DNA from: Akkermansia muciniphila
GTDB taxonomy: Bacteria; Verrucomicrobiota; Verrucomicrobiia; Limisphaerales; UBA9464
Direction of reading: 5' to 3'
DNA length: 64,000 nt
Assembly: GCA_945861565.1 (NCBI GenBank)
Contig: CAMAUY010000005.1
Coordinates: 9,749 to 73,748, forward strand
Part shown: piece by piece, positions 26,908-36,089 of the stretch
Layout: every line of letters begins with the position of its first letter
Numbering within the stretch: position 1 is the stretch's first letter
The notes under the pieces: generated by a model
The model's database searches: none
Told to the model about the DNA's origin: nothing
The model's input: the letters and a program-made list of their open reading frames with translations, nothing else
Translations under genes and position numbers: made by a program

Positions 26908-28734
26908 ATGGAAGCTGCAAAACACGAGACTATGCGAAAATCGCTCGATGACCGGGAACGAATGTCAGAACTGCAACGCGTCCGGCACAGTTGCGCTCAC
27001 ATTCTCGCCACCGCCGTCCTCCGCCTCTGGCCGGATGCCTTGCTCGATATTGGTCCGCCCACCGACGAGGGCTTTTATTACGACTTTGATCTGACCCATC
27101 GGTTTGCTCCGGAGGACTTTGGGCGAATCGAAGAGGAGATGCGTAAGGTGGTAAAGGAAAACCAAACCTTCGAAAAATCGATCAAGACGCGCGCCGAGGC
27201 CTCGGCGTACTTCGCGGATCGGGGGCAACGGTTCAAGGTGGAGCGTTTGGCGGATATCCCGGAGAACGAGCCGATCTCCTTCTACACCAATGGCGATTTT
27301 GTGGACCTGTGTGCCGGACCTCACGTCATGCGTACGGGCAACGTCAAAGCGTTCAAGTTGCTCAAGGTCGCCAGTGCCTACTACCGCGGGAATGAAAAGA
27401 ATCCCCAACTGCAGCGCATTTACGGAACCGCCTTCAAGAATAAGGAAGAGCTGGAAGCTTGGATCAATCTTCAGGAGGAGGCCAAACGTCGGGATCATCG
27501 AAAGATTGGACAGGAGATGGGACTTTTTGCGTTTGATTCCGAGTATGTGGGTCCGGGCCTGCCCTTGTGGTTACCCAAGGGAACGGTGCTGGTTGAGGAA
27601 CTCGAAAAACTCGCCAAGGAAACGGAATTCACCGCTGGCTACGTTCGCGTCCGCACACCGCATCTGGCGAAGGAAAAAATGTACCGCACCTCGGAACATC
27701 TGCCTCTCTATGCAGAATCCATGTTTCCTCCGATCGAGTTCAAAGAATCGCAGAGCGATACCACGACCAGTCGCTATTACCTTAAGGCGATGAACTGTCC
27801 GCATCATCACCGCATCTATGCGGCGGAACCACGGAGCTATCGTGACCTCCCGTTACGCCTCGCCGAATACGGAACATGCTATCGATATGAACAGTCCGGC
27901 GAGCTCTTTGGCCTGATGCGCGTCCGGGCGATGCAAATGAATGACGCCCACATCTACTGCACGGCGGAGCAATTTGCCTCGGAGTTTCGCGCCGTGAACG
28001 AGATGTACCTGAAGTACTTCAAGATTTTCGGCCTCGGTAAGTATCAGATGCGCTTCAGCACGCATGATCCCGCCCGGTTGGGGCAAAAATTCGTGAATGA
28101 CCCCGACCTCTGGAAGAAGACGGAAGACATGGTCCGACAGGTGCTTATTGATTCTGGAATCGACTTTGTTGAAGTCCCCAATGAGGCCGCGTTCTACGGG
28201 CCTAAGATTGATGTTCAAGTGTGGAGCATCATTGGGCGGGAATTCACGATCGCGACGAATCAGGTGGATTTTGCCGTGCCAGGCCGTTTTGGCCTCACGT
28301 ATCGTGACCGCGATAACACGGACAAAACGCCCCTCTGTATTCACCGAGCGCCACTGGGGACCCACGAGCGGTTTATCGCCTTCCTGATTGAACATTATGC
28401 GGGTAATTTCCCTCTCTGGCTCGCGCCCGAACAGGTGCGTGTCCTGACGGTCGGCGATGACGAATCGCTGGTGACCTACGCCCGGTCACTCGTCGAAGAA
28501 CTCCGCGGCCGGATGGTGCGTGCCGAAGGGGATTTTGGAACCGACAAGATAAACGGCAAGATCCTTCGCGCGGAGGAGGCACGCGTTCACACCATGCTGG
28601 TATTGGGCGGCCGCGAAAAGGACGCCGGCAACGTCGCCGTCCGCCTGCATGGAAAGGGCAACGTGGGTGTCCGCCCGCGGGCGGAGGTCGTGGCCGACAT
28701 ACTGGCATCGATCCAAGAACGGCGGGCGGGATAG
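26908..28734 (+). CDS. thrS: Threonine--tRNA ligase, apparently lacking the N-terminal TGS domain
   Basis: RHSCAHILATAVLRLWP editing motif only about 20 residues from the first plausible ATG (26908). Class II motifs (MNCPHHHRIY, FGLMRVRAMQMNDAHIY, HRAPLGTHERF). The track ORF start at 26554 lies inside purH on the opposite strand. Confidence 0.9.
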   Translation: MEAAKHETMRKSLDDRERMSELQRVRHSCAHILATAVLRLWPDALLDIGPPTDEGFYYDFDLTHRFAPEDFGRIEEEMRKVVKENQTFEKSIKTRAEASAYFADRGQRFKVERLADIPENEPISFYTNGDFVDLCAGPHVMRTGNVKAFKLLKVASAYYRGNEKNPQLQRIYGTAFKNKEELEAWINLQEEAKRRDHRKIGQEMGLFAFDSEYVGPGLPLWLPKGTVLVEELEKLAKETEFTAGYVRVRTPHLAKEKMYRTSEHLPLYAESMFPPIEFKESQSDTTTSRYYLKAMNCPHHHRIYAAEPRSYRDLPLRLAEYGTCYRYEQSGELFGLMRVRAMQMNDAHIYCTAEQFASEFRAVNEMYLKYFKIFGLGKYQMRFSTHDPARLGQKFVNDPDLWKKTEDMVRQVLIDSGIDFVEVPNEAAFYGPKIDVQVWSIIGREFTIATNQVDFAVPGRFGLTYRDRDNTDKTPLCIHRAPLGTHERFIAFLIEHYAGNFPLWLAPEQVRVLTVGDDESLVTYARSLVEELRGRMVRAEGDFGTDKINGKILRAEEARVHTMLVLGGREKDAGNVAVRLHGKGNVGVRPRAEVVADILASIQERRAG

Positions 28735-28749
28735 GAAACCAAACGGGTA

Positions 28750-28771
28750 GGGCCGACCTGCCGGTCGGCCC
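28750..28771 (+). terminator. GC-rich stem-loop just downstream of thrS
   Basis: gggccgacc-tgcc-ggtcggccc is a 9-bp perfect stem with a tetraloop. No U-tract follows, so it may be a REP or stabiliser hairpin rather than an intrinsic terminator. Confidence 0.4.
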
Positions 28772-28889
28772 ACTCGGTTCCTGGGAGGGTGGCTGTAGGC
28801 CGGGTGAGGGTCACTAAGATTCCACGAGGTCAAAAGCCCTGGGGCTGGTTGCGGGAGGCCTCACACAAAGTTTGTACCACAACGACTTA

Positions 28890-29145
28890 CGAAAGTGTTC
28901 ATTGGTAGCGGCGTCGCGCTTCGCTTGCCACCGCACTCCATAAGGGCGCGCACGCAATTTGGAGTGCGCCGGCAGAGCTCTTAGCGACGACGGCGCTTTA
29001 GATTCGCCACCCGGGGTGAATACCCACCCAAAGCGGCGTCGCGCTTCGCTCTCGATCCCAGCGTTGTTTCCCGCGGCTGATTTGCTTTGCTTCGCGGCTT
29101 CGCGGCTTCGCGTGCGAGTCCTACTGCGTGGTTCCGGTCGTGGAG
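28890..29145. repeat. Cluster of REP-like extragenic repeats
   Basis: 19-bp direct repeat agcggcgtcgcgcttcgct at 28907 and 29032. Hairpin gcactcca..tggagtgc. Segment 29081..29143 recurs inverted at 48257..48312. The ORFs over this region read as repeat-derived sequence (GVRWQAKRDAA...). Confidence 0.6.
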
Positions 29146-29311
29146 AGTTCAAAAAAGTTTTCGAACCGTTTGAATTGATCATTGATACAACTCGCAGGCC
29201 TTGTGTGGCCGATTTTAAAGCGAGTGAAGATTCCTGTCTTACCCCCTCGACGACACGGCTCCCAAATTAAATGTTGCGTTGGTCCAGCAGTACCTCAATT
29301 CCTTCTCGCTT

Positions 29312-29572
29312 ATGAATACACAGCAAACGAGATTCGACACCAAGAGCCTGCTGCTTGGCGCAGCGCTCGGCGCAGTCGTCATGTTTTCGGTGGCTGCGAC
29401 CACGACCGCCACCCGCACAACGTGGGAGTATCGGACCGTGCCAGGCCAAGTGCTCGGCAACGAGCTGGGTCAGGCTATCAACGCATCGGTTACTGAGGGA
29501 TGGGAGTTTGTTTCAGCAGCCTCATCCACCGAGCAGTGGGGTTTCGCGGTAATGAGGCGAGAGAAGAAGTGA
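29312..29572 (+). CDS. Small membrane-anchored protein, DUF4177-like
   Basis: MNTQQT start. One TM segment, then WEYRTV...TEGWEFVSAA...GFAVMRRE, resembling the DUF4177 pattern. Confidence 0.5.
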   Translation: MNTQQTRFDTKSLLLGAALGAVVMFSVAATTTATRTTWEYRTVPGQVLGNELGQAINASVTEGWEFVSAASSTEQWGFAVMRREKK

Positions 29573-29590
29573 GGACACAGAATTTGCCGT

Positions 29591-30139
<549 letters not shown>

Positions 30140-30200
30140 TGCTGCAAATATGGTGCTAGCGTCTGCCCCTTCGACTGCGATTTCGACCGTCGGAGTGTTA

Positions 30201-30583
30201 GATCTTTACCGGTGTCGCTGGCAGATGGAGCTATGCTTCAAGAGGCTCAAGAGTTTGCTTGGCCTGTGACACGTGCCCAAGAGTCATGACGCTTCGGCAA
30301 AGGCATGGATGCAGGCCAAAATCTTGACCTCGCTGCTGATTGAAAGAACTCTTTTGGAGGCGCGCCTTTTGTCCCCCTGGGGAGACGCCCGATGAGGAAG
30401 ACAGCCGTTGGCGAACCTTTATCGAAGCTCGAGACGCAGTTCGCGCGACGCTCGCTCCGGCAGCTTCCATTGGGCCACCTCATCAAGCACGGGAATCGGA
30501 TCGGCAAAGCTTTAATCCACCTGCCGCTAGCGCGTAAATCAAATCTCCGCCTTGGCATGCCTTTTCAGGAAATGTTAGGTTAA
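30201..30583 (+). mobile_element. Degenerate C-terminal remnant of an IS4-family DDE transposase
   Basis: [22 protein letters not shown] carries the IS4 Y-(2)-R-(3)-E-(6)-K signature. An in-frame stop follows, then ..AKAWMQAKILTSLLIER..SPWG. A second stop and a frameshift precede the tail (ORF 30392..30583). No N-terminal two thirds are present. Confidence 0.6.
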
Positions 30584-30654
30584 CGATTAGGGGGCAATGC
30601 CCCGGTTGCCATTGATTTTGCAATGTCTTCCACAATTCCATACACTCGGTCCTC

Positions 30655-31095
30655 ATGAAGCTTACCTGGAGTACTCTGGCGGCGGTCGCGTTGATTCTCA
30701 CTGGCTGCTCGTCTTTTAACCGCGAGTGGCGGGCCGCTGGTCGCGAACCGGTGCCAACCGAAGGAATCGGTGGTCGGTGGATCGGCACATGGCAAAACAC
30801 GAACAACACCCACAGAGATACCATGCGGGCGGTGCTGAAGGAGGCAGGGAATGGAAGGTACCAGGCTCATTTCCACGCGCGATATAAGCGGATCTTTTCG
30901 TTCGCCTACACGGTGGAGTTGGCGGGTCAACACGAGGCGGATCGCTTTCGATTCCACGGCGAATCGGATCTCGGGAAGATGGCGGGCGGCGTCTACCAGT
31001 ACAACGGATGGGCTTCCGCGACGAATTTCTACTCCACCTATGATTCCAAGTATGACGTGGGGACGTTCACCCTGCACCGACCGGTGCGTCACTGA
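30655..31095 (+). CDS. Hypothetical lipoprotein
   Basis: Lipobox LILTGC after a signal peptide. No known domain recognised. Confidence 0.6.
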   Translation: MKLTWSTLAAVALILTGCSSFNREWRAAGREPVPTEGIGGRWIGTWQNTNNTHRDTMRAVLKEAGNGRYQAHFHARYKRIFSFAYTVELAGQHEADRFRFHGESDLGKMAGGVYQYNGWASATNFYSTYDSKYDVGTFTLHRPVRH

Positions 31096-31137
31096 ATTCA
31101 ATCGGCACTCGAGAAACGCCGGCATCGTAAGGCAATT

Positions 31138-32616
31138 GTGAAGACGTCCTACAACGGCGGGTGTTTTGGGTTGGTGGCAGTCGTGGCAGCGATGATGCAT
31201 CTCGTCGCAGCGAGGTTGGATGCCGATGCGATTCTTGACTGGAATGCCCTGATGATCGACGCCATCCGCGTTGATAACAGCGGCCCAACCCTGAGCTCAC
31301 GGAACCTCGCAATCCTCCACACCGCCATGTATGACGCGGTTAATTCGGTCCTGCAGACGCACCAGCCGTATCGGTGGCAACTCAGCTCGCCACCGGGAAC
31401 TTCGCCCGAGGCAGCTGCAGTCGGGGCCGCCCACGTGGTGATGACGACACTTTATCCTTCGTTCCGTGCGCCCGCGGACGATCTATTTTCGGGCTTCATT
31501 GCGGCCACGGGGCCCAGCGAGTCCGTGACCAACGGCGTGACCCTCGGAATGCAGGTTGCAGAGCGTACGCTCGAAAGTCGGGAGGCGGATGGTTCTCAGA
31601 CCGACGTGCCTTATATACCGAGCGACGCGCCCGGCCAGTGGCGCCGTACGCCGCCCTTCTTTCGTCCACCGCTGACGCCCCAGTGGCGTTATGTCACTCC
31701 GTTTTGCCTGCCGGACCTCGCATCGTTTCTTCCGCCGCCCCCCCCCGCTCTTGACAGCGTGGAATACGCCGAGGCCTTGAACCAGGTTAAAGCCATCGGC
31801 GGCAAGATCAGCGTGGTTCGTACCGCGGAACAAGGCCAAATCGCCGTTTTTTGGTCGGATTTCAGTTATACATCCATGCCTCCGGGCCATTGGCACATAA
31901 TCGCCGCCACCATTTCCCGGGATCGGAACAATACACTCGCGGAGAACGCGCGGCTCTTCGCACGGATCAGCCTGGCGCAGGCCGACGGTGCGATTGTCTG
32001 CTGGGAGATTAAGTATTTTTATAATTTCTGGCGGCCGGTGACCGCGATCCAACAGGCCGCCGCTGACAACAATCCGCTCACCGAGGCGGACCCGAATTGG
32101 GAGCAAGGCCTACCGTCCCCACCGTTTCCGGCCTACACCAGCGGCCACAGCACCTTTAGCAAAGCCAGCGCGCAGGTTCTCACGCATTTCTATGGAACCG
32201 ACGCAATTTCATTTACGACCTCGTCCGATTCGCTGCCGGGAGTGTTCCGTAAGTTCGACAGTCTGTTGGCCTGTGTGGACGAGGTGGGCATGAGCCGTAT
32301 CTACGGTGGATTTCATTTTATGTTCGACAACGTGCAGGGCAAGGCCACCGGCCAACGCGTCGGCGATTATGTGAGCGCGAATTTCCTGTTGTCGAACGAC
32401 ACGCTTCCCTTGGTCCGGTTGGAAGGATATCAGGACGGTGCCCGGTTGGTGCGGGTGCATGGCCATGTCGGCCAGACTTGCGTGCTGGAGGTTTCGAGCG
32501 AACTGAGGATCTGGCAGAGCCTCTCAACAAATCAGGCAGTGGCCGGAGGCTCGATCGTGCGGGACACACAGGCTTTTGCAGCTCCTGTCCAGTTTTATCG
32601 CGTGCGTGAAGAGTGA
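31138..32616 (+). CDS. PAP2 superfamily / vanadium-dependent haloperoxidase-like protein, secreted
   Basis: PAP2 motifs PAYTSGHSTFS and SRIYGGFHFMFD. GTG start with signal-like N-terminus. C-terminal ~75 aa beta-rich module ending QFYRV. Confidence 0.75.
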   Translation: MKTSYNGGCFGLVAVVAAMMHLVAARLDADAILDWNALMIDAIRVDNSGPTLSSRNLAILHTAMYDAVNSVLQTHQPYRWQLSSPPGTSPEAAAVGAAHVVMTTLYPSFRAPADDLFSGFIAATGPSESVTNGVTLGMQVAERTLESREADGSQTDVPYIPSDAPGQWRRTPPFFRPPLTPQWRYVTPFCLPDLASFLPPPPPALDSVEYAEALNQVKAIGGKISVVRTAEQGQIAVFWSDFSYTSMPPGHWHIIAATISRDRNNTLAENARLFARISLAQADGAIVCWEIKYFYNFWRPVTAIQQAAADNNPLTEADPNWEQGLPSPPFPAYTSGHSTFSKASAQVLTHFYGTDAISFTTSSDSLPGVFRKFDSLLACVDEVGMSRIYGGFHFMFDNVQGKATGQRVGDYVSANFLLSNDTLPLVRLEGYQDGARLVRVHGHVGQTCVLEVSSELRIWQSLSTNQAVAGGSIVRDTQAFAAPVQFYRVREE

Positions 32617-32759
32617 GTGAGTGAGTGAGAGGATTCCATCTGCATTTCCCGAGGAACGCCACCCGCCGCACTTTCTGCAGTCGGCTTTAACGACTGCCAG
32701 GGCGGAACGGATCATCACGGACCTTGACTCGTGTAGCTACGTGAGGCTACAAGAAACGT

Positions 32760-33110
32760 ATGAAACGCAAACAAGGGACTGCTCGCCAGCGGGGAGCCGG
32801 TGCCGAATCTGCCGAGAACGGCCCCGCTGGAATCCTTCGAGAAGCACCGACGGTTGGCACGATTCCAGGACAACGGCGGTTCATCAATGTGCGAGCCGCC
32901 AAAGATCAACTTTCGAGTTTGCTCGATCAGGCGGCTGCGGGGATGGAAGTGATCATCACCAGTGATGGTCAGCCCAAGGCGCGTTTGATGGCGCCTCGAA
33001 CCCGGGCACACGTGTTCCGTACGGACTGGAACTGGCTTCGGGGACAACCCCTTTCCAGCGGGGAGAGCGCGACGGACATCCTCCGAGCTGAGCGCGACGG
33101 ACGTGACTGA
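32760..33110 (+). CDS. Phd/YefM-type antitoxin
   Basis: INVRAAKDQLSSLLDQAAAGMEVIITSDGQPKARLMAP is the canonical Phd N-terminal fold pattern. The true start is more likely the in-frame GTG at 32889 (73 aa) than the ATG at 32760. Confidence 0.7.
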   Translation: MKRKQGTARQRGAGAESAENGPAGILREAPTVGTIPGQRRFINVRAAKDQLSSLLDQAAAGMEVIITSDGQPKARLMAPRTRAHVFRTDWNWLRGQPLSSGESATDILRAERDGRD

Positions 33111-33154
33111 CTGCAAGAGAGATCCGTGTGTCGCCTGTTCGTCCTTCCCGACTC

Positions 33155-33586
33155 ATGTATGTCGACTCTTCAGTTTTGGTGAAATTGTTCGTGCGCGAGC
33201 CGGATAGTGATTACTGGGGAAGACTTTTGGATCGGAAGGCAATTTCATCCTCGATGCTGGCTTACACGGAAGTGTGGTCCGCGTTGACGGCAAAAGCTCG
33301 GAGCCACTCAATTTCACGGCGCATTAAAGACGAAGCGTGGCGCCGATTTGATCTGCATTGCCTGGATGATACCCTTGAGCTGACTTCGATTTCCGATGCA
33401 ATTCTGAGAAGGGCGAATTGGATCATCGAACGAGTTCACTCTCAGGTTCCCCTGCGATCATTGGATGCCATCCACCTGGCAACGGCGGATCAATTGCAGG
33501 ATTGGCCGTTGGTGACCGATGATCTGGGAATGCGTGCGGCGGCAGCAGCGATGGGCTACCCGCTGTGCGCGGTGCCGCCAGAATAG
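33155..33586 (+). CDS. vapC: PIN-domain ribonuclease toxin VapC
   Basis: MYVDSSVLVKL (first acidic residue), LRSLDAIHLATA, C-terminal D-containing LVTDD. Lies directly downstream of the antitoxin. Confidence 0.8.
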   Translation: MYVDSSVLVKLFVREPDSDYWGRLLDRKAISSSMLAYTEVWSALTAKARSHSISRRIKDEAWRRFDLHCLDDTLELTSISDAILRRANWIIERVHSQVPLRSLDAIHLATADQLQDWPLVTDDLGMRAAAAAMGYPLCAVPPE

Positions 33587-33685
33587 ATCCATCGGCTTGG
33601 GAGGGCGGCAAAACAATCCCATTTGACATCGCGGAGTTGCCGGGTAACGTCTCCGAAGCAGACTGAAATGGTCTGGTTTGAAACA

Positions 33686-34168
33686 ATGCAAATCACGCGC
33701 GCTGGAGAATATGGAATGTTGGGGCTACTGGCTCTGGCGCGTCGCCCGTTGGGCGAGGTGGTAATGCTGGACGTCATCAGCCGGGAGGAGGATGTCCCGG
33801 TAAGTTTTCTCGGAAAGATTTTCCAAAATTTAGCTCGGACCGGTCTGGTGCGATCGGCGCGGGGCTCGGGAGGCGGGTTCTGCCTCAATCGGGCGGCAAC
33901 GGAGATCACGGTGCTGGAGGTTATCGAGTCGATTGAGGGGCGGATCTCTTTTCAGCGATGCCTGGAGGATGAACCGGACTGTGAACACGTCACGGGATGC
34001 GCGTTGTGCGGCTTGTTTGCCGAGGCGCAGGACCGGGTGAAGCAGGTCTTCGCCAGTACCACGGTGGCAGCGCTTGCCGGGCGGCATCTGCCGGGGGGAT
34101 TGGTCAAGAGTGCCCGACTTCGGGCAGGGGCAGGGAGTCGCATCGCTTTGGAACCCGCCGCCAGTTGA
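33686..34168 (+). CDS. Rrf2 family transcriptional regulator (IscR-like)
   Basis: MQITRAGEYGMLGLLALA wHTH, RSARGSGGGF, and the Cys cluster CEHVTGCALCGLF. Confidence 0.85.
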   Translation: MQITRAGEYGMLGLLALARRPLGEVVMLDVISREEDVPVSFLGKIFQNLARTGLVRSARGSGGGFCLNRAATEITVLEVIESIEGRISFQRCLEDEPDCEHVTGCALCGLFAEAQDRVKQVFASTTVAALAGRHLPGGLVKSARLRAGAGSRIALEPAAS

Positions 34169-34274
34169 CTTTTCATTTTCGCAGCTCCGCCTCGTATTAA
34201 CTCCGCCTCGTATTTACTGCTAGTTCAAGACAGACAGACCCGATCAACGAAACCTTTTCCAACCTGATTAACTT

Positions 34275-34718
34275 ATGAGCGATACCTATACCCTCTATAA
34301 TTCGACTGTGATGGACCACTTCATGAACCCCCGTAACATGGGCGACATCCGGGACGCGGATGGTGTGGGTGAAGTGGGCGCGGCCGCCTGCGGTGACATC
34401 ATGAAGATCAGCCTGAAGATCAAGGATGGGAGGATCGAAGACGCTCGGTTCAAGACCTTTGGGTGCGGCTCGGCCATCGCCAGTTCCAGCATGGCCACGG
34501 AGTTGATCAAGGGCCGCAGCATTGACGAAGCAATGAGTTTTTCGAACCAGGAGGTCGTTGACGCCTTGGGCGGGCTGCCTCCGGTAAAGATTCATTGCTC
34601 GGTTTTGGCCGAAGAAGCCCTCAAGGCGGCCCTCGAAGATTACGTCAAGAGGCATCCAGAAAAGGCCGCCCAGGCTACTAAATCCGCTCCGATCGCGCAG
34701 GTTGCCCACGCCACCTAA
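34275..34718 (+). CDS. nifU: Fe-S cluster assembly scaffold protein (IscU/NifU N-terminal type)
   Basis: NPRNMG, GAAACGD, FKTFGCGSAIASSS, IHCSVLAEEA (three conserved Cys). Confidence 0.9.
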   Translation: MSDTYTLYNSTVMDHFMNPRNMGDIRDADGVGEVGAAACGDIMKISLKIKDGRIEDARFKTFGCGSAIASSSMATELIKGRSIDEAMSFSNQEVVDALGGLPPVKIHCSVLAEEALKAALEDYVKRHPEKAAQATKSAPIAQVAHAT

Positions 34719-34745
34719 CTGGGGCAGGGCGATGCCGTTCCTGGG

Positions 34746-36038
34746 ATGCATTCTGATTCGATCATCACTCTGATGCGCTCCGTTTTCCTCGATCATCAAT
34801 CCAGCACCCCCGTTCTGCCCGAGGTCTTCGAGGCAATGCGTCCGTATTTCACGGAGGCGTTTGGCAATCCGTCTTCCTTGCACCAGCATGGCCTGCGGGT
34901 GCGCGAGGCGATGAAGACTGCCCGGCAGCAGATGGCCGCCCTGATCGGAGCGGAGAGTGAGGAGGAGATTTTTTTTACCAGCGACGGGACGGAATCTTCG
35001 AATCTGGCGATTAAGGGCGTGGCGTACGCCAACGAACGGCGCGGCAAACATATCGTCCTTTCCGCCACCGAACATCCGAGTGTCTTGAATTCGGTCGAGT
35101 TTCTGGAGAAGCAGGGTTGGACCTGCACAAAAGTGCCGGTGGATCCGGAAGGATTGATCCGCGTGGCGGATGTCGCGATGGCAATTACCGGTCAAACGGT
35201 TCTGGTGGCGGTTCATCACGTCAACCATGACATCGGCACGATCCAACCGATCGCGGACATTGGACGGATCTGCACCGAGAAAGGGGTTCCGCTCTACGTC
35301 GATTGCGAAGCGAGCGCCGGCTGGCTTCCGGTCAACGTCAAGGACTTTGGCGCGGCCCTGGTTTCTTTTTCGCCGCATCGGTTTTATGGACCCAAGGGGG
35401 TCGGCGTGCTCTACCGGAACAAGAAAGCGCGCATCGTCAGCATTCTCCACGGGGGTGTGCAGGAAGGGGGGCGACGGGCTGGCACGGAAAACGTCCCCGC
35501 TATTGTCGGGGGGGGAGTTGCTGCGGAGATTGCCCAGCGGGAGATGGTGGACCGCATCGCTCATTGCGCGCGTCTGCAAAGGCGTCTTTGGGACGGGCTC
35601 AAGGGGGCGATCCCGTATTTGAAGTTCAATGGGCCTGCTCCGGGCCCAAATCGCTCGCCGCTGAATCTCAATCTCTCCACGGAATTCATCGAGGGCGAAG
35701 GTCAGTTGCTGCTGTGTGACCTCAACGGCATTGCCGTGGCGAGCGGTTCCAGTTGCGTCAGCAAGTCCCTCAAAATTTCACACGTCCTTGCCGCCATCGG
35801 TCTGGATCATGCCCTTGCCCAGGGCAATATCATCATGACCCTCGGCAAGGATAACACCGACGCGGATGTCGATTATGTTATTGAATCGTTTGCGCGGATC
35901 GTGACGAAACTTCGCGGGATGTCCCCCATGTGGGATGAGTTCGAGCGCGGGGTCATTGATTCCGTGATTGCACCGACGGGCCGCGGGAAGTCGTTTTCCG
36001 ATCACGCCGCGGCGGTTTCCGGCAAATCTGCTCACTGA
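34746..36038 (+). CDS. nifS: Cysteine desulfurase (NifS/IscS type)
   Basis: FLDHQSSTP, SATEHPSV, active-site loop ASGSSCVS. A start at 34773 is also possible. Confidence 0.9.
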   Translation: MHSDSIITLMRSVFLDHQSSTPVLPEVFEAMRPYFTEAFGNPSSLHQHGLRVREAMKTARQQMAALIGAESEEEIFFTSDGTESSNLAIKGVAYANERRGKHIVLSATEHPSVLNSVEFLEKQGWTCTKVPVDPEGLIRVADVAMAITGQTVLVAVHHVNHDIGTIQPIADIGRICTEKGVPLYVDCEASAGWLPVNVKDFGAALVSFSPHRFYGPKGVGVLYRNKKARIVSILHGGVQEGGRRAGTENVPAIVGGGVAAEIAQREMVDRIAHCARLQRRLWDGLKGAIPYLKFNGPAPGPNRSPLNLNLSTEFIEGEGQLLLCDLNGIAVASGSSCVSKSLKISHVLAAIGLDHALAQGNIIMTLGKDNTDADVDYVIESFARIVTKLRGMSPMWDEFERGVIDSVIAPTGRGKSFSDHAAAVSGKSAH

Positions 36039-36089
36039 ACTGATTTTGTCCAAACCCGGAAGATTGGGCCGCATGATTGACCCGGGCCG

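Noticed and set aside
28814-29270. ORFs of 122 aa (minus) and 103 aa (plus) in the thrS-downstream region, and ORFs 47965..48357 and 48219..48425 upstream of ileS.
   Set aside because: They are read-throughs of REP-like repeats (the same peptide-like strings recur in inverted copies). They have no starts with coding context and overlap each other.
32613-32628. (GTGA)4 tetranucleotide repeat at the stop codon of the haloperoxidase-like gene.
   Set aside because: Very short. It places TGA in all three frames, which is neat, but I see no evidence of function beyond a robust stop.
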